Numbered from the stretch's first letter, positions 40,978 through 51,400 are shown. The stretch is DNA of 64,000 nt from Cyanophyceae cyanobacterium (GCA_050331735.1 JBHJGN010000011.1:128001-192000), one strand, 5' to 3'. Notes: generated by a model from the sequence alone, not told the origin. A program made the numbers and translations.

Positions 40978-41733
40978 ATGACTAGCTTACAGGCGTTAAT
41001 TTTTGATGTTGATGGCACAATGGCAGATACCGAACGAGATGGTCATCGAGTGGCCTTCAATCGTGCCTTTGCCGAAGCCGGATTGGACTGGGAGTGGTCA
41101 GTTAAGCTGTACGGAAAGCTGCTAGCGATATCTGGAGGAAAAGAGCGTCTGCATTTTTATCTGCGCCAGTATCGGCCAGAATTTGAGCCGTCCGAAGGGG
41201 AAGAGCAGTTTGTCGTTCGCCTACACCAGATTAAATCTCGATACTATCAGCAGATACTGTCTCAAGAAGGAATCCCGCTGCGTCCGGGAATTAGACGAAT
41301 CCTGCAAGAAGCTCGCTCTCAAGAAATTCGGTTGGCGATCGCCACCACCGCCTCTTTACCCAACGTCACTCCCCTGGTGAAATTCCTCGCTCCAGATGCC
41401 GTTAATTGGTTCGAGGTGATTGCCGCCGGAGATATCGTAACCGCGAAAAAACCAGCGCCAGATATTTACCAATACGTGCTGCAAGAGATGAAGCTAGCAC
41501 CGCAGCAGTGTCTGGTGTTTGAAGACTCACCTCACGGGCTAGCAGCAGCCCGTCAAGCCGACTTAACAACGGTCGTCACCGTTAATGATTACACTAAAAC
41601 AGGAGATTTTACCGGGGCAGCACTGGTAGTGGATCATCTCGGAGAACCCGAGCACCCCTGTACGATCCTGGCTGGCGATGGGGGCGATCGCCACTACTTC
41701 AATTTGGCTCTCGCTCGCCATTTGATCGACTAA
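40978..41733 (+). CDS. HAD-IA hydrolase, CbbY-like
   Basis: LIFDVDGTMADTERDGHRVAFNRAF, SGGKER, KKPAPDIY, FEDS. Confidence 0.92.
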   Translation: MTSLQALIFDVDGTMADTERDGHRVAFNRAFAEAGLDWEWSVKLYGKLLAISGGKERLHFYLRQYRPEFEPSEGEEQFVVRLHQIKSRYYQQILSQEGIPLRPGIRRILQEARSQEIRLAIATTASLPNVTPLVKFLAPDAVNWFEVIAAGDIVTAKKPAPDIYQYVLQEMKLAPQQCLVFEDSPHGLAAARQADLTTVVTVNDYTKTGDFTGAALVVDHLGEPEHPCTILAGDGGDRHYFNLALARHLID

Positions 41734-43342
41734 TTGATTCCGGCAGCGATCGCACTAAGTACAGCGGCAGCGGTTCCTGACTGAGACTTTGAGCATAGCT
41801 CGCGCTCAAGTAGATTTGATAGTCTGGTTCGCCAGCCGTATAGGTACTAAAAAATGCTAAACCGAGAGCCTGAATGTACTCTTGGGCTAATTCCGGTGCT
41901 GGACCCACCGCCGCCGCTGGAATGGGAACAGCCCCTGCTGATTCGGATTCGTCGAGAGTCGAAAAATGGGTACCTCCCTGCATCAGCACCAAATATTTAT
42001 CTGGAGTACCTAACCAGGTAAAGGGGCGAATTTGCTCTGGAAGAGCTGGCGTGACGGCATCAGCGCTTCCAGAGACGATCATCACCGGAATGTCTATGGA
42101 GGCCAACTGCTCCTGACCAAATACTCGACTAGTTAGGGGGTTGATGGCGATCGCTGCGGCGATGCGCTCATCCCGGAGGTTGTACTGTGCCTGGGGCAAC
42201 TCCAGGGCAATACACTGTAGCAGCAGCGACAGATTGAGGGCATTCTCTAAGCTTTGGCATTCGGTTTGCAGGCGCTCAAAGTTTAAGTCAGCTCCCGCTA
42301 GCGCTAAGGCGGTGTAGCCTCCAAACGATTGACCAATCACGCCGACCTGCTGTAAATTCAGGCGTTCGCCGTAAAGAGATTCAAGCTGATTGAGGAGAAA
42401 CGTAATATCGAGGGGTCGATCGATTAATTCTCTAGGTGGAGTGACAACGTTTGCCACTCCTTCTAAAAGAGCCTCTAACTGTTCTGTATTGCTGCCCGGA
42501 TGTTCTGGGACAGCAACGGCATAGCCATAAGAGGCCAAATGACGGGCAAAATAGGCAAAGGTGCTGCGGTCAGAGCCGAGTCCGTGGGAAATCACAACCA
42601 CCGGAAGCTGTTGCGTTTCGGGCAGTTGAGGAAGATACAGGTCTACCGGAAATCGGCGATTTCGCCTCGCGTCGGTAATCAGAAAGCTTTGTCGTCGAGA
42701 GGAAATCGGACCTGGCTGGCGCAGATCGGGCAGGTCTGTGAAATTAAGCACCGAGGCTGCTAACACCTCATCAAACGACTCTTGTTGAACAACTGCGGTG
42801 ATTTCCCCAGTTTCTACAATAACCTCGTTGACATCTTCAAAGATTTCAAAGCCTCGTCCAGTATTAATCCGGATGCCTTGGGTAGGAAATTTCTTTAAAA
42901 CATTGAGGGCGGTTAATCCCTGTTCGTCGGCGGCGGCGAGAATCAGCGCTGAACGTAGTGCATAAAAACCCGACTGGCGAGCGGTTGTTTGCACCACCTC
43001 ACCTACCTGTCTTAACAGAACTTCTCCTTGAGGCGAATACAGAAACTGAGAAACCGCCACCGGAGATAGATCGGCAGAAGTTATTAAAGCCTCACGTAAC
43101 TGTTCGAGCTGTTGCTCGTTCAATAGATTGGCATAGGAGGCCAGATCTGGAGAAACGATGCCTTCTTCAAGGTAGATTTCTAAAGCTTCAATCGGTAAGG
43201 AAAATTCCAGGGGACCGTAGTTGATATAAATTGTTTCAGCACCGGTAGCTTTGGAAGCCCATTGTGCGTTCATCCCTAGAAAGACACTCAGGTTTAGCAA
43301 AGTCATGGCTAATGCTTTCCAGTACCGCCAAAGATATATCAT
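41699..43342 (-). CDS. DUF1400-containing alpha/beta hydrolase
   Basis: N-terminal AETIYINYGPLEFSLP (DUF1400), ISHGLGS, GQSFGG nucleophile elbow, GGTHFS. Confidence 0.9.
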   Translation of the reverse strand: MIYLWRYWKALAMTLLNLSVFLGMNAQWASKATGAETIYINYGPLEFSLPIEALEIYLEEGIVSPDLASYANLLNEQQLEQLREALITSADLSPVAVSQFLYSPQGEVLLRQVGEVVQTTARQSGFYALRSALILAAADEQGLTALNVLKKFPTQGIRINTGRGFEIFEDVNEVIVETGEITAVVQQESFDEVLAASVLNFTDLPDLRQPGPISSRRQSFLITDARRNRRFPVDLYLPQLPETQQLPVVVISHGLGSDRSTFAYFARHLASYGYAVAVPEHPGSNTEQLEALLEGVANVVTPPRELIDRPLDITFLLNQLESLYGERLNLQQVGVIGQSFGGYTALALAGADLNFERLQTECQSLENALNLSLLLQCIALELPQAQYNLRDERIAAAIAINPLTSRVFGQEQLASIDIPVMIVSGSADAVTPALPEQIRPFTWLGTPDKYLVLMQGGTHFSTLDESESAGAVPIPAAAVGPAPELAQEYIQALGLAFFSTYTAGEPDYQIYLSASYAQSLSQEPLPLYLVRSLPESISRSNGEREPN

Positions 43343-43624
43343 CGTCCTATGCCAACCCGTTGATAAAATTGTTCGCCATCAACATTATTGCAAGTTTATT
43401 GGGTAACTACTCCGCTGATACCGTCAGGCAAATGATGTTTAGAGAGTTTCAGCGGCTTTCCTGAGCAATTTGTTTGGTTTTTGCCAGAATTGCCTAAAGA
43501 AAAATCAGAAAGGCAACTACTAAAAATTGTTAATATCGCAGAGCAAACATCTGCCTCTCTGAAAAAATAAGATTAAGGGCAAACTAAACCTTAGTTTGTC
43601 AGCCAATTTTTCCAACAAAGGCTC

Positions 43625-43867
43625 ATGAATATTCGACTGATTATTTTTTCCAGTTTAGTCACAACCGGGATTGGTGCCGTTTTTGGGCTAGCAACGGCTG
43701 AGATAGTAGCCCCTAAATACGAAAGCCAGTTTTATCAAGACCTGAAAGACAGATATGCCCTAATTGGAGCTGGATTAGGCCTGGCAATTGGAGCTGGACA
43801 GGAAACCCTCCGCCAAGTTGCCAAAGAAAAAGACAAGGAACTGGCACGACGCAGCGAGTGGGAATAA
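43625..43867 (+). CDS. Small membrane hypothetical protein
   Basis: 80 aa, two Gly-rich TM segments and a charged tail. Confidence 0.7.
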   Translation: MNIRLIIFSSLVTTGIGAVFGLATAEIVAPKYESQFYQDLKDRYALIGAGLGLAIGAGQETLRQVAKEKDKELARRSEWE

Positions 43868-43940
43868 TCGAAGCTCGCCGTTGTTACTAAACACTTTAAG
43901 GGAATGAATGAAGAACCTGTGATCTGAGCTAGTCCGCTGC

Positions 43941-44417
43941 TCAAGAATCGGGTAAATAGTCAAAGTCTAGAATTTGCTTTGAAGTGTATGGACAGCTTTC
44001 AGGAAAAACAACTTCAGGTAAGCTAGATTTTTCAATAACTGCCTGACGAGCTTTTCCATAAGTCTTTTCGATTGTTTCTAAGTAGTAATTAGATAAAGTT
44101 TTCGATTCGAGTAGCTGTTCTAGCTCAAATCGGAAGTTTCTGATTTCTACTTGCCATCCTTTCCCACTCCAGGGTTGCTCTGTGTACCAATACTGATAGC
44201 AGAGTAGATGAATCAGCAGGCGATAGAGGTAACTATTAACTTTATTCCTCTCACTCCGGGACAATCCCTCGATCTCCTCAGCCAAGTTCTCCCAGTCTAG
44301 ATTTTCAGCATTTCTTTCCTGAAGCTGCTTGAAAGTCTGTTGCAACCATAGATAGTAATCGCTGTCGTAAAGCGATCGCTGATGATTGCTGATTTGATCA
44401 GTTCTAGTCGCTTTCAT
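43941..44417 (-). CDS. DUF29 family protein
   Basis: LYDSDYYLW, LDWENLAEEIEGLSRSE, FPESCPY..QILD.DYLP. Confidence 0.92.
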   Translation of the reverse strand: MKATRTDQISNHQRSLYDSDYYLWLQQTFKQLQERNAENLDWENLAEEIEGLSRSERNKVNSYLYRLLIHLLCYQYWYTEQPWSGKGWQVEIRNFRFELEQLLESKTLSNYYLETIEKTYGKARQAVIEKSSLPEVVFPESCPYTSKQILDFDYLPDS

Positions 44418-44851
44418 CGGATTGCGGGTTAGGAAAGCTTGTCAAGTAGTTTCATCAATAGCATCAACGATGCATCAGCTTTCAACTAAGAGAAAAATTT
44501 GAGTCTTACTAGGAGAGCCACCGATAGTCATTAGTCCACGATGTCTATACGCTATGTTATCTGTTTGTCTTAACAAAGACAAAAGTAACCTATCATAATT
44601 TAAAAAACTCTTCTTGCTCATACTGCCTAGAGACCTGCGCCGAAATAAAGACCAGCCGCTACTAGTCAACTTAATTCCCTCAACGCTTGGCAGATACTTT
44701 CCGTCGCAAGAGAGATTAAAACATAGCATAAACCGCCAATAATGGGAGGTCAAATTTCTTTGTTTTCTCTGTAGCCAACAGCACTAAACTAGATATCCGG
44801 CTGTAGCTTCAATTAGATAAACTTAAAAGTTGTCCTAAGGAAGGTTCTCCT

Positions 44852-46663
44852 GTGAAAATTGGCTCTCAGTATCAAGGTAACGGCGTTTGTGAATTTACTC
44901 TCTGGGCACCTTCGGTAAAAGAAGTTGCCGTCCAGGTTGTTTCTCCAGACAAGCGGGCGATCCCAATGCGTCAAGAAGAACAGGGATACTGGAAAGTTAA
45001 AGCAGAGGTTGAGCCAAGAACCCAGTACTTTTACAAACTTGATGGAGAAACCGACAGACCCGATCCGGCTTCCCACTATCAGCCTCGAGGAGTTCACGAA
45101 GCCTCAGAGGTCGTTGACCACAGCGCCATGAAGTGGCATGACGCTCAGTGGACAGGAATTCCCCTGGAAGAAATGATTATTTATGAGCTACACGTTGGGA
45201 CGTTTACTCCAGAAGGAACTTTTGAAGCGATTATTCCGCGGCTCGGGGACTTAAAATTGCTGGGAGTCAACGCCATCGAAATTATGCCGATTTCTCAGTT
45301 TCCTGGCGATCGCAACTGGGGCTACGATGGCGTTTATCCGTTTGCGTCCCAAAGCTCCTACGGCGGACCCTACGGGCTTAAAAAGCTCATTGATGCTGCT
45401 CACCAAGCCGGAGTGGCGGTGATTCTCGATGTCGTTTACAACCATTTTGGTCCCGAGGGAAACTATACCTCTCAGTTCGGGCCCTACTTTACCGATACTT
45501 ACCATACCCCCTGGGGCAGCGCCATCAATTTTGACAATGCCTACAGCTATGGTGTCAGAAACTTTGTCGTGCAGAACGTACTGCACTGGTTTGAGAATTA
45601 TCATTTCGATGCGCTGCGGCTAGACGCGATTCACGCTATCTACGATCTTGGCGCTAAGCACATCCTGCGGGAAGTTGCCGAAAACGTCGCCGCCCTGTCA
45701 GAGACGGTGGGGAGAACATTTTATTTGATTGCCGAAAGCGACCTGGATGACGTGCGCGTGATTCGCCCCATAGAGTTGGGAGGCTATGGCATGGATGCTC
45801 AGTGGAGTGACGGATTTCACCATAGCCTTCATACCTTGCTCACTCAAGAGAACATTGGCTACTACAAAGACTATGTTAAGGCCGAACAGCTCGCCAAAGC
45901 CTACACAAACTTTGTCTACACTTGGGACTATTCGCCGTTTCGCCAACGATACCACGGGAGCGACGCGAGCGATCGCCCCGGTCAACAGTTTGTAGTGTGC
46001 GCCCAAAATCACGATCAGGTGGGCAATCGTATGCTTGGAGAACGCTTAACTCATCTGACCTCCTTTGAAGCCCTCAAGCTGGCTGCTGGTGCGCTGCTGC
46101 TGTCTCCCTACGTACCGATGCTGTTTATGGGAGAAGAATACGGCGAATCAGCGCCTTTTCTCTACTTTGTATCCCATACCGATCCCGATTTGGTTGAAGC
46201 CGTACGCCAGGGACGAAAACGGGAGTTTGCCGATTTCCACCTTGAAGGAGAATACGACGATCCTCAAAGTCCCAATACCTTTGAAAAATCTAAGCTGCAC
46301 TGGGAGCAGCGCCAGGAAGGCAACCATCAAGTGCTGTGGCAACTCTATCAGCATCTCATTCACCTCCGGCGTACTGTAGGAGCCTTGAAGCACCTCGATA
46401 AGGAAAAGACCGCAGCCTGGGCGATAGAAGACAAAAAGTTAGTCTTTCTACATCGCTGGAGCGAGGATAGTCAAATCTACTGCATCATGAATTTTAGCAA
46501 GCAAGACATTGAATTTACCGCAGAGCTTCCTGACGGCAGCTTCTCCAAAATCCTCGATTCATCAGACTCTAAATGGCTGGGGTCCGATAGTACGCTGCCC
46601 GATCAACTGACTTCAGATAAACTAACGATCAAACCCCAAAGCTTTGCCGTCTACCAAAGCTAA
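44852..46663 (+). CDS. treZ: Malto-oligosyltrehalose trehalohydrolase
   Basis: FTLWAP, DPASHYQPRGVH, IYELHVGTFT, RNWGYDGV, LRLDAIHAI, QNHDQVGNR. Confidence 0.96.
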   Translation: MKIGSQYQGNGVCEFTLWAPSVKEVAVQVVSPDKRAIPMRQEEQGYWKVKAEVEPRTQYFYKLDGETDRPDPASHYQPRGVHEASEVVDHSAMKWHDAQWTGIPLEEMIIYELHVGTFTPEGTFEAIIPRLGDLKLLGVNAIEIMPISQFPGDRNWGYDGVYPFASQSSYGGPYGLKKLIDAAHQAGVAVILDVVYNHFGPEGNYTSQFGPYFTDTYHTPWGSAINFDNAYSYGVRNFVVQNVLHWFENYHFDALRLDAIHAIYDLGAKHILREVAENVAALSETVGRTFYLIAESDLDDVRVIRPIELGGYGMDAQWSDGFHHSLHTLLTQENIGYYKDYVKAEQLAKAYTNFVYTWDYSPFRQRYHGSDASDRPGQQFVVCAQNHDQVGNRMLGERLTHLTSFEALKLAAGALLLSPYVPMLFMGEEYGESAPFLYFVSHTDPDLVEAVRQGRKREFADFHLEGEYDDPQSPNTFEKSKLHWEQRQEGNHQVLWQLYQHLIHLRRTVGALKHLDKEKTAAWAIEDKKLVFLHRWSEDSQIYCIMNFSKQDIEFTAELPDGSFSKILDSSDSKWLGSDSTLPDQLTSDKLTIKPQSFAVYQS

Positions 46664-46757
46664 TTCTCCCTAAGTCAGAAGCAATAGAAAAGCAGTTGTA
46701 AGTAGAGTGAGGAGTTTTAAGTGTTGAGCAATTTAGAGTTCAACACAATTGATAAGC

Positions 46758-46818
46758 CCTTTTCCCCTTACCCTTTCTCCTTTCATCGTTCCGCAGGAAC
46801 TTTCCCCTTTCCCCTGAT
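46758..46818. repeat. Pyrimidine-rich heptamer STRR (CTTTCCC-like) upstream of treY
   Basis: cttttcc-ccttacc-ctttctc-ctttcat ... tttcccc-tttcccc-tgat. Confidence 0.6.
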
Positions 46819-46845
46819 TTCTTAACCCAACCCTCTAAATCGACC

Positions 46846-49635
46846 ATGCGTATCCCCACAGCCACCTATCGTCTTCAGTTTCACTCCGGCTTTAACTTTG
46901 AAGCCGCTAAAAATGTTGTTTCCTATCTGGCTGAATTAGGCATTTCCGATCTTTATGCTTCCCCTATCTTTAAAGCCAAAGCGGGCAGCACTCACGGCTA
47001 TGATGTCGTCGATCCGACTGAACTTAACCCCGAACTTGGCTCTCAAAAAACCTTCGATGAACTCAACAGTAAGCTTCAGCACCACGATATGGGGTGGCTA
47101 CAGGATATTGTGCCGAATCATATGGCTTACAACAGCCAAAACAAGTTTTTGATGGATGTTTTAGAGCATGGGACAGATTCCGAATATTTTGATTTTTTTG
47201 ATATTGCCTGGAACCAGCCCTATGAGGATATGCAGGGGCGGGTGCTGACTCCACTGCTAGGGAATTTCTATGGAGAAAGTTTAGAGAACGGAGAAATTCA
47301 GCTTAGCTATGACCAAGACGGACTTAGCGTTAATTATTATGACTTAAAACTGCCGCTAAAAATTGAGACCTATGCTCAATTTATGACGTACAATCTCGGG
47401 AAACTCTCTAAAACGCTCGGCAGAGAACACACCGATTTTATTAAGCTGTTGGGAATTCTTTATCTCACAAAAAATATTCCGACAGAAACGAAAGGAAAAG
47501 AAAGAAAAGACCAAGCTACTTTTGTTAAAGGTATTCTTTGGGAACTCTACGAGCAAAATGAAGCGGTTAAAGATTTCATCAATGACAATTTAGAAACGTT
47601 TAACGGTAGATCGGGAAATCCGGAAAGCTTTAATTTGTTAGATAGTTTACTATCAGAACAGTTTTATCGGCTGTCGTTTTGGAAAGTAGGAGCTGAAGAA
47701 CTGAACTATCGCCGATTTTTTACCGTTAATGAGCTGATTTCTGTGAAGGTAGAAGAGGCTCGGGTTTTTAATGTTACCCATGCCTTGATTGAGAAGCTTG
47801 TTGAAGATGGTAAAATTACTGGTTTAAGAATTGACCACATCGACGGTTTATACGATCCTACGCGCTACTTAGAGAGACTGAGAAACAAGGTTGGCAATAC
47901 CTATGTTACTGTTGAAAAAATTTTGGAGCTGGAAGAAGAACTGCCAAGATACTGGTCAGTTCAGGGAACCAGCGGGTACGACTTTTTGAACTACGTTAAC
48001 GGGGTACTCTGCCAAATTGAAAACGAAGCCGAGTTCGACCGGATTTACCAACAGTTTACCGGTATCACTACTCCTTACGAGGAGTTGGTTATTCAAAAGA
48101 AAGCGCTCATTGAAGAGAGGAATTTGGCTGGCGACGTTGACAATTTATCAATCTTGCTCAAAAAGATTGCCTCTCAAACACGAGAAGGCAAAGATTTTAC
48201 TCAGTACGGTTTGAAAAGAGCCCTGGTAGAGGTGTTAACGCTCTTTCCAATTTATCGCACCTATATTACGGCTCAGCGGGTTATGCAGTCGGATAAACAG
48301 TATATTTCAGAAGCGATCGCCCGCGCCAAAGAACGCGATCCTCTCCTGGTCAAAGAGCTGAGCTATATTGAAAAAATCCTGCTGCGGGAATTTGAAGAAA
48401 CCCTTAGTGAGCCGCAAAAGCAGGAACAGCTCCACTTTGTCATGAGACTTCAGCAAATGACAGGCCCTCTCATGGCGAAGGGAGTCGAAGATACGCTGTT
48501 CTATGTCTACAATCGACTAATCTCCCTCAATGAAGTGGGCGGAAATCCGGGTCAGCTCGGCGTCACTTTAGCAGAGTTTCATGAGTTTAACCAGTTCAGA
48601 AACAAGTATTGGCAGCAGTCGATGAGTACCACCGCCACTCACGATACCAAGCGTGGGGAAGATGGACGATCGCGCTTAAACGTGCTGTCGGAAATTCCGG
48701 AGGCATGGCAGCAGCAGCTCCAGCACTGGCGAGAGATTAATCAAACTCAGAAAATCAAGCGCGGCAAAAAGCTGATTCCAAGCGCCAACGACGAGTACTT
48801 CTTCTACCAAACCTTGATCGGCTCTTTTCCCTTTGAGCAAGACCAATTTGAAAGCTTTGTCGGGCGGCTCAAGGACTACATTATTAAAGCCGTTCGAGAA
48901 GCAAAGGTGCATACGGCTTGGTTGCGTCCTGACTCGGAATATGAGGATGGCTTTCTTCAGTTTATTGATGCTGTCTTGAATAGCGAATCCCATCAGTTTT
49001 TGTCTGAATTCCTGCCGTTTCAAAACAAAATAGCCAGCTACGGGGTCTTCAACTCTTTATCTCAGGTTCTGCTTAAGTATGCCTCACCGGGCGTACCCGA
49101 TCTGTATCAGGGAACAGAATTGTGGGACTTAAGCATGGTCGATCCCGATAATCGCCGTCCCGTCGATTACGATCAACGCCAAAGCTTTCTCAAGGAAATC
49201 CAGCAAAACATTGGGTCAAACATTTTGCATCTGGTGTACGAACTGCTTAAAGCGCCAGAGGATGGACGGGTCAAACTATTTTTGACCTATCAAATCCTGC
49301 AAACCAGAAAAGCCTATCTCAACGTTTTTCAGCGGGGGGGGTACGAACCGCTGGCGACTCAGGGCCAGTATGCCGAACACATAATTGCCTTTGCCAGAAG
49401 TTATGAGAAGCGGACAATAGTGGCGGTCGTTCCTCGTTTCTTTACCAACATCATTCAGCCAGGGGAATTGCCTGTTGGTGACTTATGGCAGGATACTCAA
49501 ATCGGGCTTCCGCCCTATATGTCTTCGGTTTGGAAAAATGCAATTACCAGCCAGTCTATTAAAACTAACGGGATTTTATCGATATCAGAGGCGCTGCAAC
49601 ATTTCCCGTTAGCTTTACTAGTAAGCGAGGAGTAA
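46846..49635 (+). CDS. treY: Malto-oligosyltrehalose synthase
   Basis: PTATYRLQF, GSTHGYDVVD, DIVPNHM, LNYRRFF, GLRIDHIDGL, MAKGVEDT, THDTKRGED, DPDNRRPVDY. Confidence 0.97.
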   Translation: MRIPTATYRLQFHSGFNFEAAKNVVSYLAELGISDLYASPIFKAKAGSTHGYDVVDPTELNPELGSQKTFDELNSKLQHHDMGWLQDIVPNHMAYNSQNKFLMDVLEHGTDSEYFDFFDIAWNQPYEDMQGRVLTPLLGNFYGESLENGEIQLSYDQDGLSVNYYDLKLPLKIETYAQFMTYNLGKLSKTLGREHTDFIKLLGILYLTKNIPTETKGKERKDQATFVKGILWELYEQNEAVKDFINDNLETFNGRSGNPESFNLLDSLLSEQFYRLSFWKVGAEELNYRRFFTVNELISVKVEEARVFNVTHALIEKLVEDGKITGLRIDHIDGLYDPTRYLERLRNKVGNTYVTVEKILELEEELPRYWSVQGTSGYDFLNYVNGVLCQIENEAEFDRIYQQFTGITTPYEELVIQKKALIEERNLAGDVDNLSILLKKIASQTREGKDFTQYGLKRALVEVLTLFPIYRTYITAQRVMQSDKQYISEAIARAKERDPLLVKELSYIEKILLREFEETLSEPQKQEQLHFVMRLQQMTGPLMAKGVEDTLFYVYNRLISLNEVGGNPGQLGVTLAEFHEFNQFRNKYWQQSMSTTATHDTKRGEDGRSRLNVLSEIPEAWQQQLQHWREINQTQKIKRGKKLIPSANDEYFFYQTLIGSFPFEQDQFESFVGRLKDYIIKAVREAKVHTAWLRPDSEYEDGFLQFIDAVLNSESHQFLSEFLPFQNKIASYGVFNSLSQVLLKYASPGVPDLYQGTELWDLSMVDPDNRRPVDYDQRQSFLKEIQQNIGSNILHLVYELLKAPEDGRVKLFLTYQILQTRKAYLNVFQRGGYEPLATQGQYAEHIIAFARSYEKRTIVAVVPRFFTNIIQPGELPVGDLWQDTQIGLPPYMSSVWKNAITSQSIKTNGILSISEALQHFPLALLVSEE

Positions 49636-49668
49636 CCGCTGATGAATCTAGCAGGGTAACTTTGTGAA

Positions 49669-49708
49669 TGCGATTAACAACGTTAAGAATGTTAATCGCA
49701 ACCTTTTT
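49669..49708 (+). terminator. Probable terminator after treY
   Basis: Perfect 11-bp stem TGCGATTAACA / TGTTAATCGCA followed by ACCTTTTT. Confidence 0.55.
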
Positions 49709-49835
49709 GTCTAATCAAGGTTTATCAATGTCCTTGAAACCCTATTTGCATAGCATCTTCTAATCGCTTTCTCTGGTACGGAGCCCACTAACCTAATCTG
49801 AGATCAGATAATAGCAAGGAGTAACGTCATTAACT

Positions 49836-50009
49836 ATGAGTCCCTCAGAACCAAGCTGTCTGGACCGCATTGAAGCTTTAGTAGCCGCGATTGGGCAGAG
49901 AACCGATTCTAATGATAGAGTCATCGAAGCCCTATTTGCTAGTGCGGCCAGCTATCAGCGCGATCGCTTTTATGAGAATGTTAAAGCAGCTTGCTCAGCA
50001 GCGCAGTAG
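49836..50009 (+). CDS. Short putative coiled-coil ORF or gene remnant (57 aa)
   Basis: Below the ORF-track cutoff: MSPSEPSCLDRIEALVAAIGQRTDSNDRVIEALF...; AAGGAG upstream. Confidence 0.4.
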   Translation: MSPSEPSCLDRIEALVAAIGQRTDSNDRVIEALFASAASYQRDRFYENVKAACSAAQ

Positions 50010-50078
50010 TCCGTGGAGACGGACTGAGTTTGGGTAGCTGCAAATTTTGTTCGCCATGCTCTAGCAATTCTCTAGCAG

Positions 50079-50831
50079 TTATTTCCTGACTGCTACTGGA
50101 GTCTGTCCGTTGTGAATAGCCGCTTTCGACTGTGTTGCCACTTCCTTTAAGATATCTGGATTGAAGCGATAACCGACATTGCGAACCGTCTGAACCAAGC
50201 TCGGCTGACGAGGATCGGACTCTATCTTTTTGCGCAGAGATAGCACGTGCGTATCAATGGTGCGAGGATTATCAATCGCATCCGGCCAAGCTCGACCTAG
50301 AAGCTCAGAGCGGCTTAGGGGAACACCTTGAGCCTGAGCTAGAACATATAGCAAGCTAAACTCTTGTGGGGTCAGCTCAATATAGCTTCCTTTGTACTGA
50401 ACGCGACGCTGTACGAGGTCAATTTTGAGGGGTCCATAATCTAAGTACAGAGGAGCACTCGTGACTCGAATTCGCCGGACCAAAGCCTCTACGCGCGCTA
50501 AAAACTCCTGCATGCCAAAGGGCTTAGTTAGGTAATCGTCAGCTCCCGACTTCAAGCCTCTGACGACTTCTTTTTCATTGTTGCGAGCAGACAGGAGTAG
50601 AATGAGCGTTTGGTTTTGCTGGTAAAGCCAGCGACAGAGTTCTACCCCATCTCCATCGGGGAGATCAGAATCGATAACGGCTAAGGTTGGCTGATGACGG
50701 AGGAAAACTTTTCGCGTCTGCCCAATACAGGAAAACTGCTGGACGCGATACTCAGACTGCTGGAGATGCCAGGCTAACAGAGATCTTAAGTGCGGATTAC
50801 CCTCAACGATAGCAATATCAACTTGAGCCAC
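50079..50831 (-). CDS. nrrA: OmpR-family nitrogen-regulated response regulator NrrA
   Basis: IVEGNPHLRSLLAWHLQQ...LTPQEFSLLYVLAQA...AWPDAIDNPRTIDTHVLSLRKK, as I recall for NrrA. GTG start at 50831, with a canonical NtcA promoter upstream. Confidence 0.88.
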   Translation of the reverse strand: MAQVDIAIVEGNPHLRSLLAWHLQQSEYRVQQFSCIGQTRKVFLRHQPTLAVIDSDLPDGDGVELCRWLYQQNQTLILLLSARNNEKEVVRGLKSGADDYLTKPFGMQEFLARVEALVRRIRVTSAPLYLDYGPLKIDLVQRRVQYKGSYIELTPQEFSLLYVLAQAQGVPLSRSELLGRAWPDAIDNPRTIDTHVLSLRKKIESDPRQPSLVQTVRNVGYRFNPDILKEVATQSKAAIHNGQTPVAVRK

Positions 50832-50862
50832 CTTATGCTTTACCTTAAATCTTGTGATGATC

Positions 50863-50904
50863 AGATTAACAAAGCTAATGTCAAGAATTTGTAACAAGTG
50901 CTAC
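50863..50904 (-). promoter_or_regulatory. Canonical NtcA-activated promoter of nrrA
   Basis: Minus strand: GTA-gcacttgt-TAC (50904-50891), a 22-nt spacer, then -10 TAATCT (50868-50863). Confidence 0.88.
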
Positions 50905-51058
50905 GAAGGGAACTAAAAGATGGTATCTCAAAAATTGAGGTAGCAATCTTGAAGCAAAGGGGCAAACTTTAAGAGAAGTTAATGGCTAAAATAAATTTAT
51001 TAGTGCGATTTGCCTCTTAAGATTCGGCTTAGCCACTAGATGCACTCAAGTGAAATTC

Positions 51059-51313
51059 ATGCTTCAAGATTCCCAGTCCGTCCGGTACTACCAAAGACTT
51101 ACTGATGCTATGGTCGATTTGTGGCACAGAGGACATCGCTTTGAGGAGCTACGGCTTTACTTAGAAGGGTATGTGTCTTGCCTGCGACATAGCAATAGCC
51201 TAGAGCCTTATTTAGTTCACCGCTTAGAAGAGGAAGCCTATCGTTTTTTGCGCGATCCTTCTAACTTTGAATTATCTATGCCTCAAACTGAGCCAGATTA
51301 CGGCTACTACTAA
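51059..51313 (+). CDS. Conserved cyanobacterial hypothetical protein (DUF6761-like)
   Basis: MLQD..SVRYYQRLTDAMVDLWHRG.R...RLEEEAYRFLRDPSNF; divergent from nrrA. Confidence 0.82.
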   Translation: MLQDSQSVRYYQRLTDAMVDLWHRGHRFEELRLYLEGYVSCLRHSNSLEPYLVHRLEEEAYRFLRDPSNFELSMPQTEPDYGYY

Positions 51314-51373
51314 TTGAGCTATTAATGCTCCGGTTGTCCTCGTTTGAAACGACTCAAAGTTTCTTAGCAAAGA

Positions 51374-51400
51374 GGCGTACGGCAGTTAAGAACGTACGCC
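51374..51400. terminator. Hairpin between convergent genes
   Basis: GGCGTACG / CGTACGCC stem. Confidence 0.5.

Noticed and set aside
44475..44753. 92-aa minus-strand ORF between DUF29 and treZ
   Set aside because: TTG start, no recognisable family and composition like intergenic DNA.
44771..44784. GTA-N8-CAC upstream of treZ as a possible NtcA site
   Set aside because: Mismatch in the conserved half-site and no correctly spaced -10 box.
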